64,000 nt of DNA, taken from Carpediemonas membranifera BICM. Its lineage: Eukaryota; Protista; Fornicata. Below, piece after piece: positions 9,025 through 19,053 of the stretch. The stretch is taken from contig JAHDYR010000004.1 of NCBI GenBank assembly GCA_019828565.1, forward strand, positions 310,001 to 374,000, in the 5' to 3' direction. The first letter of the stretch is position 1; every line of letters begins with the position of its first letter. The notes under the pieces were generated by a model. It was not told the origin of the DNA, made no database searches, and was given only the letters and a program-made list of their open reading frames with translations. The position numbers were made by a program, and so were the translations under genes.

Positions 9025-10395
9025 ATGGAAAGGGACGAACAAGAACAACCGACGGTCAAGGACCTACTGGCTGTTATTCAGAACCAACAAGAAGCCATAG
9101 CGAAGCTCCTGCTCGCCAACGAGGCGGCAAAGGGACCAATGACGGTAGAGACGAGCCTCCAGGAGGCCCCACTGTTGAAGGACTTGAAGAGGAAGAGCGT
9201 AACTACGTTCCTAACCAAGTTTAAGGCCTACCAGGCGGCTGGAGGCCAGCGAGGCCTGGCTCCCCTGGTGTACGCAGTGCGCCAGGAGCTAACCAGCAGG
9301 TTCGTCGCAATGGACGGTGACAAGGACGAGGAGGTGCGCAAGGCGCTCCTCAAGCTAGTGGCACATGAGGACGCAGCAGCCGTTTTGGCTGAACTGAGCG
9401 GGATCTCAGCGAAGCGCGGAGATCACCTCGAGGATCACGTGGCCGCAGTCAGCTCCAGGATGAGGGAGATACTCTCGGTGGTCCAGGACGAGGTCCGACC
9501 GCGCGAAAAGGACCTTATCAAGACATTTCGCAAGCTCATGGCATGCGACGCTCTGCAAGACGATATGCGCAGGATGGACCTCTCTACGCTGGACGAGGCC
9601 GTCACAGAGGCCGCAAAGTGGGCCCATGAGGCGGATGCAGCGGTCGCAAGGGCCCTGCGGACCGGGCTCGTGCAACGCGTCGCAACTCGTCAGAAGTCGG
9701 ACACGGGTCGAGGCGACTCCAGCAGCCGCCCGCAGCCGGCAGTCGAGGAAGGAGCCAAGGAGGTGACGGTCCGCTGCTTCGCGTGTGGTCAGAAGGGCCA
9801 CAAGACGCACGGTTGCGTGACGAAGGACCAAGACCTGAAAGCAGGCTGGTACCGAGAGTATGACACCAAGACCGGCAAGTATGGACGCCTCAGACGAGGC
9901 AACCCCCCGCAGGGTCATCCGCGTCACCTCAAGGAGGCCAAGGAGGCGGAGGGCTCTAAACAGGATTTATGGGGCGGAACGCTCGAGTTTGTGGCAAAGC
10001 CGACCAAGACGGGCGTCCGTTTCAGAGTCGGACTCGACACGAGAGCCAACGTCGCTCTAGCCAGCCCCGCGTGGCTCGCAGAGCGCGTACACGCCGGATG
10101 GACGGAGGCCGAGGTAGACATCGGCCCGATACACGGGGTGGGCGGTCAAGTAGAGGCCGTAGCTGCAGCAGAGGGCTGGGTGCGGACGCGGAAGAGATCA
10201 GGAGTGGGCCTGTCCGTGACGGTGCCGGTCAAGATATACGCAGTCCCCGGGATGAAGAACGTGTTGATCCCATTTGGGACAATACGCGCGCTGGGCCTGA
10301 GCCCGACCGACCAGGAGAGGCCCAGGATGACCTGGCGGCCCAGGAGGTCGACGACCTCATACGGGCCGAGGAGGCCACGGCGTGGAGCGACCTGA
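9025..10395 (+). CDS. gag: Gag plus aspartic protease of the Gypsy element
   Basis: Zinc knuckle CFACGQKGHKTHGC; protease motif GLDTRANVA (DTG altered to DTR); the frame shifts to pol near 10315. Confidence 0.85.
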   Translation: MERDEQEQPTVKDLLAVIQNQQEAIAKLLLANEAAKGPMTVETSLQEAPLLKDLKRKSVTTFLTKFKAYQAAGGQRGLAPLVYAVRQELTSRFVAMDGDKDEEVRKALLKLVAHEDAAAVLAELSGISAKRGDHLEDHVAAVSSRMREILSVVQDEVRPREKDLIKTFRKLMACDALQDDMRRMDLSTLDEAVTEAAKWAHEADAAVARALRTGLVQRVATRQKSDTGRGDSSSRPQPAVEEGAKEVTVRCFACGQKGHKTHGCVTKDQDLKAGWYREYDTKTGKYGRLRRGNPPQGHPRHLKEAKEAEGSKQDLWGGTLEFVAKPTKTGVRFRVGLDTRANVALASPAWLAERVHAGWTEAEVDIGPIHGVGGQVEAVAAAEGWVRTRKRSGVGLSVTVPVKIYAVPGMKNVLIPFGTIRALGLSPTDQERPRMTWRPRRSTTSYGPRRPRRGAT

Positions 10396-13250
10396 GAGAA
10401 CGATCGGCACCGGACGTCGCCGCACTCTTAGATCGGTTCACCGGGGTATTTGCCCCGCTAGACGAGACGCCGGCGAGGCTGCCGGCATACCCCGTCACCC
10501 TCATCGATGAGAAGGCAGTGAGGCAGCCGGTGCGCCAGCTGGCACCTGCGCTCGAGGAGGTGGCCAACAAACAGGTCGAGGAGTGGCTGAGGGCCGGTGT
10601 GATACGTCGGTCAAAGTCGAGCTTCGCGTCGCCGATCGTGCTGGTACGCAAGAAAGACCGGTCGTGGAGGCTGTGCGTGGATTACCGTAGGCTTAACGAA
10701 GTCACGCGGACACTTGCAGCGCCGGTGCGCGACGTACAGAGAGTGCTAATGGAGCTGGGCGGGGCGACCTGCTTCGCATCGCTCGACCTCAGGTCAGGTT
10801 ACAACCAGGTGCTGGTCGTGGAAGAGGACCGGCACAAGACGGCGTTCGTCACGCCAGGAGGTCTGTACGAGTTCAACAGACTGCCCTTTGGGCTCAAGAA
10901 CGCGCCTTCATTTTTCCAGCAGGCCATGGAGTCTGTCTTTGAAGGAATATCAGGAGTCATCATATATATGGACGACGTTCTGGTCATGGGAAGGTCACGC
11001 GAGGAGTTGATGGCACGGCTAGAGGCAGTGCTGAAGCGGTGTGCAGAGTACAACCTCAGGCTGAACGCGGCGAAGTGCGACTTCGCCCGGGACTCAGTCG
11101 AGTTTCTCGGCCACATCGTGGACAAGGACGGCATCAGACTCGGTGATGACAGGGTGCAGGCCATCATGGACATGCCGCGCCCGACGACTAGGAAGGAGAT
11201 GCGCCGCTTCATCGGGATGGTGGGATGGTTCCGACGGTTCTGTCCGAAGCTGGGGGAGCATCTGGCACCGCTGAATGACACACTGACGCAGGCGAAGGTG
11301 ACATGGTCGCCCGAGCTTGAGGAAGCGTTCGTGAACGTGCAGCGCGGGGTCAAAGCCCACATCAAGCTCAACCACATCGACTATAACGAGGACCTGATCC
11401 TCCGGACTGACGCATCGGACGTCGGGCTCGGGGGTATGCTATGCAACCGGACTCAGGACGGTCAAGAGGCCGTCGTCGCGGTGTACAGTCGTGCGTTCCA
11501 CGGGGCGGAGAAGCGGTGGACCACCGGTGAGAAGGAGGCATTCGCCATCGTCGAGTGTATCCGGAAGTGGCGTATGTATCTGCAGGGATACACGTTCACC
11601 ATCGAGACGGACCATAAGAATCTCACGTACATGGAGCAGAAGACAGCGTCGGCCAAGGTGCTGCGCTGGAGACTGGCATTGCAGGAGTTCGACTTCCACG
11701 TGATTCACCTCCCGGGTGAGTCGAACGTGGTCGCAGACACGCTGTCAAGGAACCTCCCAGAGGCGAAGGCGGCAGCGACGAGGCCGAGGAGGCACACGCG
11801 CAGACCCAACAGGCTTGGAGACGACGACTTCGTGCAGATTGCGGATAGCGAGGAGGACACCAGCGCGGAGGAAGAGGACGATGACCCGGACGAGGCCGAC
11901 GACCCCGAGGAGAGGGCCGACTTCACGCAGGACGCCGCGGAGGCGCGAGACCGGGAGAGGCAGCTCGCTACAGGCGAGATGACCGAGGAGCGCAAGAGCG
12001 AGGCGGTGACCAGGGCGCACAAGGGCATGGCACAGCATCTGGGACGGTACAGCACGTATAGGGCGCTGAAGGAGAAGGGCTACGTGTGGCGCGGCATGTG
12101 GGAGGACGTGAAGTCGTTCGTGGACCACTGCTCATGCCAGAAGCTCGCATCGGTGGATCAACTGCAACTGAGGATGGGGACTCACATGGTGGAGACTCCG
12201 TTCCAGAAAGTCGCGATCGATACGCTGAAGATCACCCCAGAGGCCGAAAGCGGCGCTCAGTATGTAGTCACGGTAATTGACGTATTCACGAGATACGTCG
12301 AGATCTACCCCTCGGTGGACAAGTCAGCCGCGTCCGCGGCCGACGCCATAACGCGCTGGATCGGAAACCATGGGCCGATGACGACCCTGCACTCTGACAA
12401 CGGGCGTGAGTTCATCAACGAGACGATCGCAGCTCTGGTCGCGAGGTTCGGGACGGGACAGTCGAAGACGTTCCCCTACCATCCACCGTCGAACGGTGGG
12501 TGCGAGCGAGCGAACAGACGGATACTGCAGAGACTTCGGGCGATGGTCCTGGAGTGGGGCGAGGCTGAGCAGTGGGACAAGTTCATCCCCCTCGTTCAGC
12601 GGCAGCTCAACACGGAGTACTCCGAGGCGACGGGGACGACGGCGGCACGGCTGGTGTACGGCCTGATGGGGCCGGAGCCACACGCGGGACTCCCACGCCG
12701 AGAGCCGACCACGGCGATCGAGGTCCGGGATCAGGACCTAGGCGATGAGCAGGAGGAGTATTTGAGACGAGCACGCGACGACGCGGTTCTGGTGCAACGC
12801 GAGACCCTGAGGAGAAGGGGCGCACACCAGGCGGACAGGACCAGCCCACGCGTCGAGATCGGGGACTGGGTGCTGGTCTTGCCAGGTGTACGGGCGGCTA
12901 AGCTGCTGCCAACATGGGAAGGACCGTATGAGGTCGTACAGGTGCATGACTATGGAGTCACGGCGCGTAGACCGGATGAGGACATAACGACGCGCGTCCA
13001 CTTCGACCGTGTGCGCAAATTTGACGCTACCGGTTGGACGCGCGAGCAACTGATGACGATGAACGGACGAGACATGATGGAGATCCTGGTGTCGCGCATT
13101 AAGGACACGCACGTGACAGACAATGGTGAGCAGGAGTTCCTAGTCGAATGGGCCGATGGCAGCGAGGACTGGCAGCCCTATGTGGTTGTTGCGAAGCTCA
13201 AGGCGCTCGATGACTACTTAGCGAGTCATGCCATGGAGAGCGGGATGTAG
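9969..13250 (+). CDS. pol: Pol (RT, RNase H, integrase, chromodomain); true coding part begins near 10315
   Basis: RLCVDYRRLN, LDLRSGY, YMDD, TDASD, EKEAFA, TDHKNL, HHCC-like motif, DDE (AIDT/SDNG/CERAN), GPY, chromodomain EFLVEWADGSEDWQP. The stop lies inside the 3' LTR. Confidence 0.95.
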   Translation: MGRNARVCGKADQDGRPFQSRTRHESQRRSSQPRVARRARTRRMDGGRGRHRPDTRGGRSSRGRSCSRGLGADAEEIRSGPVRDGAGQDIRSPRDEERVDPIWDNTRAGPEPDRPGEAQDDLAAQEVDDLIRAEEATAWSDLRERSAPDVAALLDRFTGVFAPLDETPARLPAYPVTLIDEKAVRQPVRQLAPALEEVANKQVEEWLRAGVIRRSKSSFASPIVLVRKKDRSWRLCVDYRRLNEVTRTLAAPVRDVQRVLMELGGATCFASLDLRSGYNQVLVVEEDRHKTAFVTPGGLYEFNRLPFGLKNAPSFFQQAMESVFEGISGVIIYMDDVLVMGRSREELMARLEAVLKRCAEYNLRLNAAKCDFARDSVEFLGHIVDKDGIRLGDDRVQAIMDMPRPTTRKEMRRFIGMVGWFRRFCPKLGEHLAPLNDTLTQAKVTWSPELEEAFVNVQRGVKAHIKLNHIDYNEDLILRTDASDVGLGGMLCNRTQDGQEAVVAVYSRAFHGAEKRWTTGEKEAFAIVECIRKWRMYLQGYTFTIETDHKNLTYMEQKTASAKVLRWRLALQEFDFHVIHLPGESNVVADTLSRNLPEAKAAATRPRRHTRRPNRLGDDDFVQIADSEEDTSAEEEDDDPDEADDPEERADFTQDAAEARDRERQLATGEMTEERKSEAVTRAHKGMAQHLGRYSTYRALKEKGYVWRGMWEDVKSFVDHCSCQKLASVDQLQLRMGTHMVETPFQKVAIDTLKITPEAESGAQYVVTVIDVFTRYVEIYPSVDKSAASAADAITRWIGNHGPMTTLHSDNGREFINETIAALVARFGTGQSKTFPYHPPSNGGCERANRRILQRLRAMVLEWGEAEQWDKFIPLVQRQLNTEYSEATGTTAARLVYGLMGPEPHAGLPRREPTTAIEVRDQDLGDEQEEYLRRARDDAVLVQRETLRRRGAHQADRTSPRVEIGDWVLVLPGVRAAKLLPTWEGPYEVVQVHDYGVTARRPDEDITTRVHFDRVRKFDATGWTREQLMTMNGRDMMEILVSRIKDTHVTDNGEQEFLVEWADGSEDWQPYVVVAKLKALDDYLASHAMESGM

Positions 13251-13334
13251 CTGAGGGTTTTGTCAGGTTTGACTCGCAAGAGTTTAGTGGAGATTTTAAG
13301 GATAAACGTTCCCAACAACAGAGGCCGTATTACA
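13246..13334 (+). repeat. 3' LTR (89 bp)
   Basis: Exact direct repeat of 8927-9015. Confidence 0.95.
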
Positions 13335-13407
13335 CCTTCGCCCCCTCCGTGCGTTCCCGCTTTCGCCCACCCTCGCTCAGGATGTGCTCGCACCCAATCA
13401 AGCATGA

Positions 13408-13519
13408 CGCCGACATCCGCCTGCCGTCCGACGACTCGCCCCTCTACCTCGCCGACCTGGCGTGGGTCGTCATCCACATCCTCGCCACAGGCCTGCCCCG
13501 CTCCTTTGAGATGAGGCTG
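13408..13519 (+). pseudogene. Isolated 112-bp duplicate of an internal segment (15474-15585) of the WD40-kinase gene
   Basis: About 5 mismatches in 112 nt; encodes ADIRLPSDDSPLYLADLA.VVIHILATGLPRSFEMRL. Confidence 0.85.
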
Positions 13520-13847
13520 ACTCTCCCACGCGCGACGACTTTATCCCATCACCCTTCTTAAACATAGACTATTGACCAGTTGGGCACGCAGTTCACGAGT
13601 GTCCTTAAATGGGCCTGAACCTACGCGTCTGTCATCAAGTAATTCAGCTAGGATCCTACCCGGTCTCAGCACCGTCAGTTGGCCGCATCCCCCTCCGGTA
13701 GGGTTCACAGTAAAGGTCTCGGCCAGTCGCATTTAACCATATAACACGAGTTAAGGAGGAGACATAAAATGATAATATCAAAGCATTGGAGCAGTTTTGG
13801 GACTATTGGACGAAAACAAACCAACGCGAGACCCACATACCCGCCAG

Positions 13848-14192
13848 ATGATAGACTACGAGCAGCACTGCAATGAATGCTCATGTACTGGATTTGAACA
13901 GCATCGTTTTAAGAAGGGTGGTTTCTGCCGCGCCTGTCTCCATTTCCATCCCATAATTGGCGGCACACGCTCACCTGTAGCCCCAGTGAAGAAACCCAAA
14001 GCTGTGCGCATGCTTAATAAGCCCGCGTTTATGAAGCCTACACCTCTTGCTGCCGCTCCCGTGCCTTTTCGTGCCGCCACTACAAGGACGGAGATCGAAC
14101 CTGCCGAGCAGTCACTGAAGAAGCGCATCGCGAAGCAATGGTGCGTCCTCCCCGAGAATCTCACGCAGCAGCGAGTGCAGAGCAGTCGATGA
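13848..14192 (+). CDS. Cys/His zinc-finger-like ORF, probably the frameshifted N-terminus of the downstream WD40-kinase gene
   Basis: CNECSC...FCRACLHFH motif. The downstream frame is open from 14119 (SECRAVDDMIRD), so one indel would fuse the two ORFs. Confidence 0.55.
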   Translation: MIDYEQHCNECSCTGFEQHRFKKGGFCRACLHFHPIIGGTRSPVAPVKKPKAVRMLNKPAFMKPTPLAAAPVPFRAATTRTEIEPAEQSLKKRIAKQWCVLPENLTQQRVQSSR

Positions 14193-14193
14193 C

Positions 14194-16880
14194 ATGATCA
14201 GAGACGCCACGACGCGCGTTATCACCCCAGAGGACAAGCTCCACATCAATCCCATCGGATCCTCGCCCCTCACCGTCGCAGACCTCAGCCGCGTCCTCAA
14301 TCTCTTCTCGGTGGTGCCCGCAGCATTCAGCATGAGGCTGACTGAGCCCGACCTCACTGTCACGATGAAGAATGGCAAGCTGGCCGCCGACAAGCCCGAC
14401 AGCGCCGTCGACGACCTGCTCGCTGCCTGGCATGCGAGGATGGCTGAGTGCATCCAGACGATGAAGGGTCACACCAACTGGGTGCTCAGCGTCGCCTTCC
14501 TCCCTGACGGCACCATGGTCACTGGGTCATGGGATGGGACGACCAAGCTGTGGGACAAGCGCGGCGTGTGCAAGGAGTCGATGGAACATGGTGGGAAGGT
14601 TCGGTGCATCGCCGTCTCCCCGGACGGGTCAACCATCGCATCGAGCGGTGATAACCGCAAGATCAAGCTGTGGAGCAAGCGCGGCAGACTCGTCAAGACG
14701 CTCGAGGGGCACACCAATAATGTGAACAGCCTCGCCTTCTCCCGAGACGGCAAGACGCTGGTGTCCGGATCATTTGACAAGACAGTCAGGTCGTGGGACG
14801 TCGCCACCGGCGAGTACAGGACGATGAAAGGGCACTCAAATTGGGTGCTCTCCGTCGCCATCTCCCCCGACAGAAAGACCATCGTCTCTGAATCACTTGG
14901 TGATACAATCAGGGTGTGGGACGCTGAGTCGGGCAGACTCGAGCAGACTCTGGAGGGCCACAAGAATTGTGTCATCACCGTCGCCATCTCCCCGGACGGC
15001 AAGTCCATCGTCTCTGGGTCTGATGAGATGATCAAGGTGTGGGACGCTGAGTCGGGCAGACTCGAGCAGACTCTGGAGGGCCACACGAATTCTGTCACCA
15101 CCGTCGCCATCTCCCCGGACGGCGCTCTGCTGGCCTCTGGGTCATGGGACAAGACCACCAGACTCTGGGACACCAGGACCTGGGAGTGCGTCGCCGTCCT
15201 CAGGGGGCACGCGAGCTTTGTCAACAGCGTCGCCTTCTCGCCCGACGGCAGGACCCTCGCCTCTGGTTCTGATGACAACACCGTCAAGCTCTGGAGCATC
15301 GGCAGCGGCGAGTGCTTCGAGACGCTCAGGGGTCATGACCATTGGGTCCGCTGCGTCGTCTTCTCCCCAGACGGGTCGACCCTGCTCTCTGGCTCTGACG
15401 ACAAGACCGCTAAGCAGTGGCATATCAAGCACTCGCCAGAGATCGAGGAGGTCTGCGCCCAACCCACGCTCGGCGCCGACATCCGCCTGCCGTCCGACGA
15501 CTCGCCCCTCTACCTCGCCGACCTGGCGCGGGTCGTCATACACATCCTCGCCACGGGCCTGCCCCGCTCCTTCGAGATGCGGCTGGCCCACCCCCATCGT
15601 TGCCGAGTCTCCATGGACAGAAGAAAGTTCCTCCACGCCGAGAAAGCAGACGATGAAGTCACCAAAGTATTGGAGATTTTCAACGCCATCCGTTGCGAAG
15701 CACGGCCCAGAGCGGTGACACTCAGCGGCAAGCTCAAGGCTCACCCACTCTTGGCATGCGACACCGTCCCCGTGCAGGTCACACCGTGTCTAACAGCGCT
15801 CACCGGCCGACTCGGTCAGGCCCGCCGTTCCCCTGATACAAGGATGGCAGAGTATCAAGCTGTCATCGCCCAGGCTCGTGACGCGGTCAGGACTCTGGAG
15901 GGGAGGGCCGGGCAGTATTCCGATGCTCAGGCCCTTGTCAAGCGAGTGAAGGAGTATGAGACGCGGAAGAGCCTGCCCTCTGTCGAGGTGATGGCCGACG
16001 TACTTAAGGCAGCCGACGAGGAGACCCTTTCATTAGGAGCAGAGATCAAAGCCGGGTACGCTGTACTCCGCGACTTCCTCCAGCCCCACAGACAAGAGCA
16101 CTGGCAATATGCATGCAAGGTTGCAATGAGCGAAGACAACTCGAAGACCCTCCGTGAGCTCCACGGTTTCCTTGCTACGGCAGAGGACCATGTAGTCGCC
16201 TTTACTGAGGCCGCTGACATCATGAGAGAGTTCCGCAGGGTCGGGGATGCACAACACCTGCAGAGAAAAATTGCCGACCTCGAAGACGATATCCGCTACC
16301 TTATGCGCCACCGTAAGCACGCTCAGATCGCCGAGACAGAGCAGGAACTGGCTGATGCGAGGGCGAGATTCGCCCGCATGCAGGTCATCATCGCTCGGTG
16401 CACGCCAAAGCTTGTGCGACTCTGCCCCGAGCTGCGTGGCATAACAGATCCCCCCGCCAGCCTATTCGCCGAGCTGCGCAAGATGGGGCTGGCCCACCTC
16501 ATGGACCTCCCCGAGATGCGTGCTGATCTTTCGCTGTCCGACTTCACCGTCGAGTCGACCATCAGCGAGAACAGAGCCCAGTGCCAGATCGTGACCCGCG
16601 ATGGCCAGACCTTCTTTGCAAAGACCTTCAAGCTCGACAATGAACACCAGCGCAAGCTCTGTGACCGCGAGGCGGGCATCCTGTCGCGCATGGCGCACAG
16701 CCCCGCCGTGCCCAGGCTGCACTTCGTCCTCGTCAACCTCGCTGAGCAGACCTGCACGATCGTCATGGAGCGCCTCGAGAGACCACTGCGCGACGCCCCA
16801 GCCGACTCGCCCGACAGCCTGCGCAGACTGCTCCACGGCCTGCTCACCGCGATCCACGACTTGCACAGCGCGGGCATCTG

Positions 16881-16913
<33 letters not shown>

Positions 16914-18816
16914 GCGCGAGGGCCACCCCGTGTTCGTCGACTTCGAGACGGCCTCGAACATGGACGCCGTGAACATGACTGCAACCGGAGTCAACATGGG
17001 CACGCTCGCCTTCAGCGCGCCCGAGGAGATCGCTGCCCGCACGGCCGGGAAGAAGCTTAAGCATCGCGAGCACCAGGCCGCCGATGTCTACCATGCGGGC
17101 CTGACGATGCTCGGGGCCATGGCGCCGGACTACCCCGCCTTCTGCCAGATGTTGCTCAGCTTGATCACTAGCGACCTGGCAGCCGCATCGACCGTCAACG
17201 AAGATAGCCTCTGCACCGCCCTGCTCGCTACTGTCGCCGTCCCCGACGCCCTGTGCGAGGTGCTCTCCGGCATGCTCGCCACCCACCCCGAGGCCCGCTG
17301 GTCCGTCCGCCGCGCCCTGGCCGACGGCCTCTTCGCCGCCTCTGCCAACGAGCTGGACCCCGAGGTCGACCTCAACGCGGCGAGCAACCGTTTCTCAACA
17401 GCCCACGCCTTTGTCGACGCCATCGACCGCGCCCGGCTGCAGATGTTCCGCGAGGACCCTCTTGACCTCGCCCTCGACGACAACCTCAGCAACACTCTGA
17501 CTAACATCGGTGCATGCGAGGAGGACCTTCTAGCGGTACCCGCGACACTGTCTGGCAAGGAGTCCGCGAAGGCCCTGCCCGACCTGGTCGTCGAGCTGCC
17601 GCGCGTGACTGTCCGCCAGACCATAGGCGCCATGAGATTCTCCGTGCCGATCTTCCGCGAGGGCACGCTGGTCTTCATGCCTGACGCCCTCGACTATCCC
17701 ATCGACGACCTGCGCCCCGTCCTGCTGGGGCTCGGCCGCGTGCTGCAGCTCATGCTGCTCGATGGGATCCGTCTTCCGGCCGACATGGTCAGCAACGCTT
17801 GGCTCGTCGCGCTCGCTGGTGGCCGCATCGACTTAGCTGCGCTGATGCCGCTCGTCGACCGGGCGCTGCAGAGGTCTATTGCGGAGGCTGCGGTCGTGTG
17901 CCCGCTCGATGGCTTCGAGGGCGACCGCAAGGCCTACCGGAGCGATGTGCTGAGCCGCTTCACCGACAGGATGCAGCTCATCCGCAGCGGAATGACCGCG
18001 AGGACGGAGTTCAGCGAGATGATTGCCGCGCTGACGGCCGCCCAGCTGCGGGCCCTGCTCGTGCGCCCCAACCCGCTCACGGTCGACGCCGTCATGGCAG
18101 TGCTGCGTTTCCCCGCGGACAGCCAGGGTGTGCAGGACGCCCTCCGCGCCGTGCTCGAGGACGACGAGACACGCCGCCGCTTCGCCTTCCACCTGTTCGG
18201 CGGCCAGCTCCCCCAGCCCGGCTCTGTCGGCGTGACCCTCCACGAACACCACCGCGTGTACGCCGACTGTGCGGGCGGCGTGCAGCTGCCTCGTCTGGAG
18301 GACGCCGGCGAGATGCGCCAGGCGGTGCTCGACTCGGCTCCTGCCACAGCCGGTACGGCCGCAGACTTCTACGTCATCCCGCGGCGCCAGCAGGCATACT
18401 CGCGCGCCGAGATCAGGACGCTCGTCGAGCAGAACGACATCCTGCAGACGTGCCCTCTGGTCACGCTCGGCAGAGGCGCCGCTGTGGACGTCCCCGTCAT
18501 CCGCCGCTGCCCCACATGCGGCGAGCTGACCTCGCGGGAGGGCGACCTAAACAGCTGCAAGATGTCGACGTGCCCGTGCGGCCAGGACTTCTGCCACAAG
18601 TGCCTGCTCCGCGTGGCCAACCATGAAGAGCACATGGCCCACTACGGCGGCCAGTGCGAGATGGCGCCGCGCCAGACAGTCGACCTGCCCGAGGGCGTCA
18701 CGAGGGAGCTCACCGTCACGTGCCCCTGGTGCCATCGGTCGGCCACGGTCAGCGCGAACCGGAGGCAGGTCACGTGTAGCGAGTGCGGCCGAAGCATTAA
18801 TGCGAGAGCAGTATAA
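14194..18816 (+). CDS. Multidomain protein: WD40 propeller, coiled coil, protein kinase, degenerate HECT, RBR-type RING2/IBR, zinc ribbon
   Basis: About 8 GH...WD repeats (14450-15420); HRDLKPEN, DFE, APE; HECT-like LGRVLQLMLLDG, RRRFAFHLFG, YADCAGGVQLP; CPTCG..SCKMSTCPCGQDFCHKCL; CPWC...CSEC. Confidence 0.85.
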
Positions 18817-19053
18817 AGTAGTTTATTTATCCCGGCCACGTCCAACTCAACGAGCTCCCTCTCGACCAGGGGTGGGTAGACTGTCAGCAAACTAAAGATG
18901 CTGGAGAATTGTAACAGCGACACCCCTCTGTCGTCATTCTTTCACGGTCCAAGGAAACCCGAAGCAGGTGAGGCGCAGAAAGTGCAGAATGACAGTCGCC
19001 CGTGGTCAAATATAAACATATAGATTTCACAACCCATAAAAACGAACGACACT

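Larger units (their letters stand above)
8927..13334 (+). mobile_element. Full-length Ty3/Gypsy chromovirus-type LTR retrotransposon (4.4 kb), 89-bp identical LTRs, 4-bp TSD CCTT
   Basis: LTRs TGTA...TACA at 8927-9015 and 13246-13334; CCTT at 8923-8926 and 13335-13338; PPT-like GGAGAGCGGGA before the 3' LTR; domain order gag-PR-RT-RH-IN-chromo. Confidence 0.97.
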
